This document shows, one piece after another, positions 59,159 to 64,000 of a DNA stretch of 64,000 nt. The notes under the pieces were generated by a model. That model saw nothing but the letters and a program-made list of their open reading frames with translations, was not told the origin of the DNA and did not search any database. Position numbers and translations under genes: made by a program. This DNA is from Camelus ferus (Eukaryota), in contig NC_045713.1 in assembly GCF_009834535.1 (NCBI RefSeq), positions 13,578,001-13,642,000 of the forward strand, read 5' to 3'. Position 1 is the stretch's first letter, and every line of letters starts with the position of its first letter.

Positions 59159-61244
59159 ATGGTGAGCCCTTAAATTTGTGCCTAACTCCAGAGACCTGCC
59201 CAGAGCTGGACACCATTCCTCACTGAGATAATGTGGACAGTGTGGTACAGGATCCCAAATGGGACAAGGAAACCTTTCAGAGGGGTCAGGCCAGGTCTAA
59301 CTCCAGGCCAAGGCCAGCTTCTGCACCTGGGGATTGGTAGTCATGGGGGTCTTGACTGTCACAGCTGCCCCCTCAAAGTGGGTGCTGACCCAACCCTCCA
59401 CCTGGGGCTTGCATGTGGCCCATCTCCCACCCAAATCTTCCTGGGGTCCCCCCTCTGGGTATGGGGAGTCAGGGAATGGGATCCAGGTCCTGATGCTGGC
59501 CTGTCCTTTGCAGAGTGGAGGGTATGATCTCAATCTCTTCGCCAGCCCTCCTGACTGCAACTTCCTGTGTTCTGTCTGCCACGGGGTTCTCAAGAGACCA
59601 GTGAGGTTGCCATGCAGCCACATCTTCTGCAAGAAGTGCATCCTCCGGTGGCTGGCCAGGTGCTGCTACAGGGCACCCAAGAGGCTGGGAGGGCAGGGGT
59701 CTGGGGGGGCCATTCTTGGGGCCCAGAAGAGAGAAGAAAGGTCTGCCAAGTACCGGGTCATGATGGTCATAGGGTTCAGCTGCCAAATCTCCTGGGATAC
59801 TAATATTAAGTCTAGTCACCCTGTGATATCTGTGGTCCCTAGCCCCAGCCTCAGAGCTGAGAGCTCCCTATAAAGCCCTCTTATACCTCTTCCAGCTAGA
59901 GAGGAGGGACCCCCAGGGGAGGCATGTTGCTGCCACTTGCTCCTCCCCCACTCCCAACAATCACCCCAACTCATGTCTCCTTCTAGACAAAAGACCTGTC
60001 CGTGCTGCAGGAAAGAGGTGAAACGGAAAAAGATGGTCCATGTGAATAAACTCCGGAAGACCATTGGCCGTCTGGAAGTCAAGGTAGCTCAAAACACCCA
60101 CTCCCACCACCCAACACTCTTCTTCCCTGCAGGGTTGAGGGTGCAGAGCCAGGAGACAGGGTGAGAAGAATCCCATCCTCAGAACTGAGGGTTTCTCCTC
60201 TATACCTGGCTGAATTTGAGTCACATCTCTACCACTTACTTATCTGCTGTGTTACTTTGGGCAAGTTACCCAGCCTTTCTGAGCTCCAAGAGTCTCAGCT
60301 GTAACATGGGGATTATGGAGGATGAAATGTCTGCTCTGCCTACTACTACTCTCCAGCCCCTAATTTAATAGATGGGGAAACTGAGATGAAAAGAGAAGAG
60401 AAGAGGAGGGGAGGGGAGGGGAGGGGAGGGGAGGGGAGGGAAGGGAAGGGAAGGAAAGAAGCCTGGTATACATACAATGCACCAGACCCACCCAACCATG
60501 TAACTCCCTGTTCACCAAACCTCAGGACTTGCCCTCATCCTCTTTGAGATCTAAATTTTTTTCCCCACCTCCAAGCATTTGCCCTACTGTTTCCCTCTCC
60601 ATCACGTCATTGGTGTCAAAAGAGCTTGGGAGGCTCCCAGTTCAGTGGTTCCCGGTCAGTGGAATGTCAAGGATGGAACATTCTGTAGGGGATGGGCAGC
60701 TTATGGCTGGCAATGCCCAACATGGTTTAGCTTACACAATGCTCCCCTCTACCCACAGTGCAAGAACGCCGAAGCTGGCTGCCTGGTGACGTGCCCACTT
60801 GCCCATCGTAAGGGGCACCAGGACTCATGCCCTTTTGAGCTGATGGCCTGCCCCAACGAGGGCTGCATGTCTCGGGTGCCTCGTGGGGACCTGGCCGAGC
60901 ACCAGCAGCACTGCCAGCATGGTGCCCATCAACGCTGCCCCCTGGGCTGCGGGGCCACACTGGGACCAGCCGAGCGTGCGAATCACAACTGCTACCGTGA
61001 GCTGCGGGAGGCCTGGAGCCAGCGCCAGGAGCGCAGCCGGACCCTGGTGTTGTGCCTGCTGCGGCGCATGCGCAAGATGCACCAAACCACCAACCTCATC
61101 CGCCGGCAGCTGGCCCAGCTCGGAGACTTCCTGGAGGAAGATGATGCCCTGCTCGTGGGCGCCCCACAAGAGGAGGCTGAGGCCACCCCAGAAGGCAGCT
61201 TTGGGGCTGAGTTGTGGGGGGCCCAGGACCAAGGTACCTTGTAA
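59159..61244 (+). CDS. RNF151: RING finger protein 151 (C3HC4 RING plus TRAF-type zinc finger); 4 coding exons, 243 aa as sequenced
   Basis: Exons 59159-59161 (ATG|gtgagc), 59514-59659, 59987-60083, 60759-61244 = 732 nt. [38 protein letters not shown]; the ancestral C-terminus appears out of frame (see findings); AATAAA 61256-61261. Confidence 0.95.
60407..60454. repeat. (GGGGA)n / (GGGAA)n polypurine repeat in RNF151 intron 3
   Basis: Pure purine tandem run. Confidence 0.95.
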
Positions 61245-61599
61245 ATAGAGGGATAAATAAACGCAGAGCCCAGGCCTGGCCGCCTCACCACACCTCTGTG
61301 TTTGCTGACCTTACACCTTTACCACGTTTGCAGGCCCTCTCACCTTTCCAGGCACTATTCTCTTCACCCCAAATGGTCATTCTGGCCTTTCTCCTGGACC
61401 TTTGCAAGTTCTTCCCAACCAGTTCTTCACACTGGCTGCCTGGCAGGCTCTTCCCCTGGATCTCTCTTTTCACTCAAATGTCTCCTCTGTGCAGAGGTTT
61501 CCAGATCGACCTCTCCCAGTCTCCTTCCCAGTCACCTTCTACCAATCTGTTTACCAGCTTCACAGCCAGCAGTAGTACAAACAGCTTAAAACCCTGAAC

Positions 61600-62045
61600 T
61601 CAAAAGCCAACTCCTCACAATGATTCCCTGGGATCTCCCATTAGTTTCTGTTTTCTGCCCTATACCCTCCCCTTCCTACTAAATCCCTGCAGCCACACTG
61701 GCTTCTGTTGCTCCTAAACACCAGGCCTGTGCACTGGCTGTTCCTCAGATAATTACAGGGATCGCTGCTTCACCAAATTCGGGTTTTTGCTCGTGTCACC
61801 TTTTCAATGAAGCCTTCACCCCCAATTTAAAATTGCACCCCTACACTCTGCTCCATCCCTCGCCATGCTGTATTCTTTCCACAGCACTCATCACTTAACA
61901 ATCAAGATTATTCCCTGCCCTTTCTCTGCCTAGCCCTCACCCCACTAGCTTGTGAGCTAGTCAAGAACCAGCTTCTCTAGTGCCTCCTAAGCGTCTAGAA
62001 CAGGGCTTTGCACATAGAATGTGCTCAATCAATATCTGAACGACT
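61600..62045 (+). mobile_element. L2 3' fragment
   Basis: ggcctgtgcactggctgttcctc ... ctagaacagggctttgcacatagaatgtgctcaatcaatat. Confidence 0.65.
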
Positions 62046-62269
62046 CTGAAATTACCCGATTTATTAATTTACCTGCGTTATTCCTCATACTAGACAGTAT
62101 GAGGTTAACAGCTCTCTGCTCAGGCACCGCACCCGACCTCGCTTGTCCCCAAATCCCAGAGTCCCGAAGGGGCAGGAGTCTTGGGATTCAGTAAACATTT
62201 CCTACGAATATCTTTTAAAATTTCTATCCAAAGGACAGGCAGCTGGCTACCCCAGTCGCTGCCAGTCTA

Positions 62270-62960
62270 CCCCACCAGTCCCCGGGGCTTCCAAACAACT
62301 CTACACCCCCACCTCCGGGCCGGAGACGCCTCTGCCACCTTCCGCTTCCTGACGCGGCGGCCAGTGCCCACAGCAAAGATGTCGCCGAGCTCGCGGTGCT
62401 GGTGACGTCACAGTCGCTGCGGGAGGTGACGCCATCTCAGCGCGCCGATTGCGCAGCGCGGCGACCGTGCGGAGTGGCGCGCCGGTCTCCCTCACGCGGC
62501 GGCAGGCAGCGGCGACATGGCGGAGCCCGCGGCCGGAGTGGGCCGCTTCAAGTCCAAGTAAGCCGCCACCCGGGAAGGGAGCCGGGCTCGCGGCCGGAGT
62601 AGCGAAGGCGTTCGCTTGGCTCCGGCACCCATTCGGGTTTGGGGAGGTGGTGAGGGTTGCGTACGACAGGTCCGCGCGGTCGTGGCGGCTGCGATATTAC
62701 AAAGTGGAAGAGGCTGCACTGACAGCTCTCGCGGACGGCGGGCACTGGAGTGCGGCCGGGTTACTTAAACTTGGAGCGGGTTTGGGGGTGAGGACGAAAA
62801 ACCCTAGAGGAGGAGGAAGGGGCGGGCTGAGCACCGTCGAGGCTGGTCCTGGGAGCGGGACACCCCACCTCCTAGGGGTAGAGAAAAAACCACTACGCCT
62901 AGGTTGGGCGACCTGCTGCCCCATTTCTCCAGCGAGCAGGAAGAGAAGTCAGACGCCGCC
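62270..62960. promoter_or_regulatory. TBL3: CpG island / TBL3 promoter with CRE, ETS and YY1-like sites
   Basis: TGACGTCA 62403-62410; cttccgcttcc (~62340); cgccatct 62430-62437. Confidence 0.7.
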
Positions 62961-63988
62961 TAACCATATGGAGCGCAATCTGATGGGATAAACGTATTAA
63001 AGCAAATAATTTCCATCAGTGGCTGTGACAAGCACTAGCAAGGGGAAGCCCGGGTGCTGGGATGGCTGACTGGGTTTGGAGGTTGAGGGGGTGCTCCATT
63101 TCACCTTGTTAGTCAGGCTTCTTCCAGTAGAGTTAGCCAGGCACCTTTGAAATTCTGGAGGAGAAGCCCAGGTCACAGGCAGGAAATAGCCTGGGTGAAT
63201 GGGAAAGGTCAGCAGAGGCTTCTCCAAGCAGGGTTTTGTAAACAAGTAAGGAGAGAGGAGGGTTTGAAGGCAGGGTGGCAACATAAACAGAGTTATATTC
63301 TTAGCAGCTTCTCTGAGAGCAGAGTTTGAGAGAGTGGTAGAGACCTGGCGGAGAGGCTGGAACAACTGTCCAGAGAGGAGAGTGCAGTGGCCTGGACCAG
63401 CATGGAAGTAGCTGAGAGGGAGTGGAGAGGACATATGATGCCACCGAAATGAGGGCAGCTTGGAGAGTGGGATGGAGGAAGGAGCCAGGGTTAGGGAAGA
63501 GGTGGCCTGGACCTCAAGGATGAAGATGTTGAAGAGGATGCTACTCTGGGTTGGTACCCAGGCCTGGCCTCCCATGGCCAGCAGGGGGGCCCCCAAAGCC
63601 TGGCCTGCTCGGTAGTGGGGAATCTCTGAGAAGACTGGGCTGTTGGACTGCCTGTGCTGCCCTGGGACTGGTGTGTGTCAGCGTCCAGCTAGGGTCCCAA
63701 ATCTTCTGTAACATAGGGATACCAACACCCACCTCACAGTGTAGCTGAGAGGGTTAAAGAAGATAACAGAAGAGTTCATGACCCTCTCTCCCCCATGTCC
63801 CCTCCATCCCTGCTGCTGCCCAGAAACTCCTCAAGGGCAGGTCCCTATTGCGTTGACCTCTGGGAAAGCACCTAGTATAGAGCTGGCACTGGGGACCAAG
63901 GGTTGGGTACCTCACTGTCTTCTGTCTTCCCTCCAGTTATGCTGTCGAGCGCAAGATCGAGCCTTTCTACAAGGGCGGGAAGGTGCAG
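62517..63988 (+). CDS. TBL3: Transducin beta-like 3 (UTP13, SSU processome), coding exons 1-2 only; continues past the window
   Basis: Exons 62517-62557 (AA|gtaagc) and 63937-63988 (ccag|T ... CAG|gtacca): MAEPAAGVGRFKSNYAVERKIEPFYKGGKVQ. Confidence 0.95.
63000..63540 (-). mobile_element. L2 fragment in TBL3 intron 1
   Basis: Purine-rich L2-like: gggaaaggtcagcagagg ... tggaagtagctgagaggggagtggagaggacatatg. Confidence 0.5.
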
Positions 63989-64000
63989 GTACCAGCCCAG

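Noticed and set aside
59334-59873. 179-aa ORF as a longer RNF151 N-terminus
   Set aside because: It spans intronic sequence around exon 2; the 3-nt ATG exon at 59159 and canonical sites give the known structure.

Overview
This is mammalian genomic DNA, not prokaryotic. It is most likely a camelid (Camelus/Vicugna): four tRNA-derived SINEs of the camelid Vic-1 type are present, I saw no Alu, Bov-A/tA, PRE1 or Can-SINE, and NDUFB10 is bovine-like. The gene order is the conserved block syntenic to human 16p13.3: HS3ST6(-), MSRB1(-), RPL3L(-), NDUFB10(+), RPS2(-, hosting SNORA10 and SNORA64), SNHG9-like host with SNORA78(+), RNF151(+), and the first two coding exons of TBL3(+). I placed the exon boundaries by hand from GT/AG sites and frame continuity; one RPL3L exon start falls under an N-run and is inferred. 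The first ~21 kb is repeat-rich intergenic DNA (L1, nested DNA transposons, MaLR/ERV LTRs). I see no wholly new gene system that I can support. The best second-look items are: (1) RPS2 has a perfect cryptic donor that creates a premature stop, an H/ACA-like candidate in intron 3, an intron I recall as absent in human, and a 9-nt insertion; (2) an unannotated SERF2 retrocopy lies beside a perfect CArG box upstream of RPL3L; (3) RNF151 has a C-terminal frameshift; (4) MSRB1 has its Sec-UGA/SECIS system; (5) an orphan CpG island carries a candidate spliced small ORF; (6) HS3ST6 has an overlapping uORF; (7) there is a five-level transposon nest. Gene, snoRNA and repeat names come from recalled sequence similarity, not database searches.
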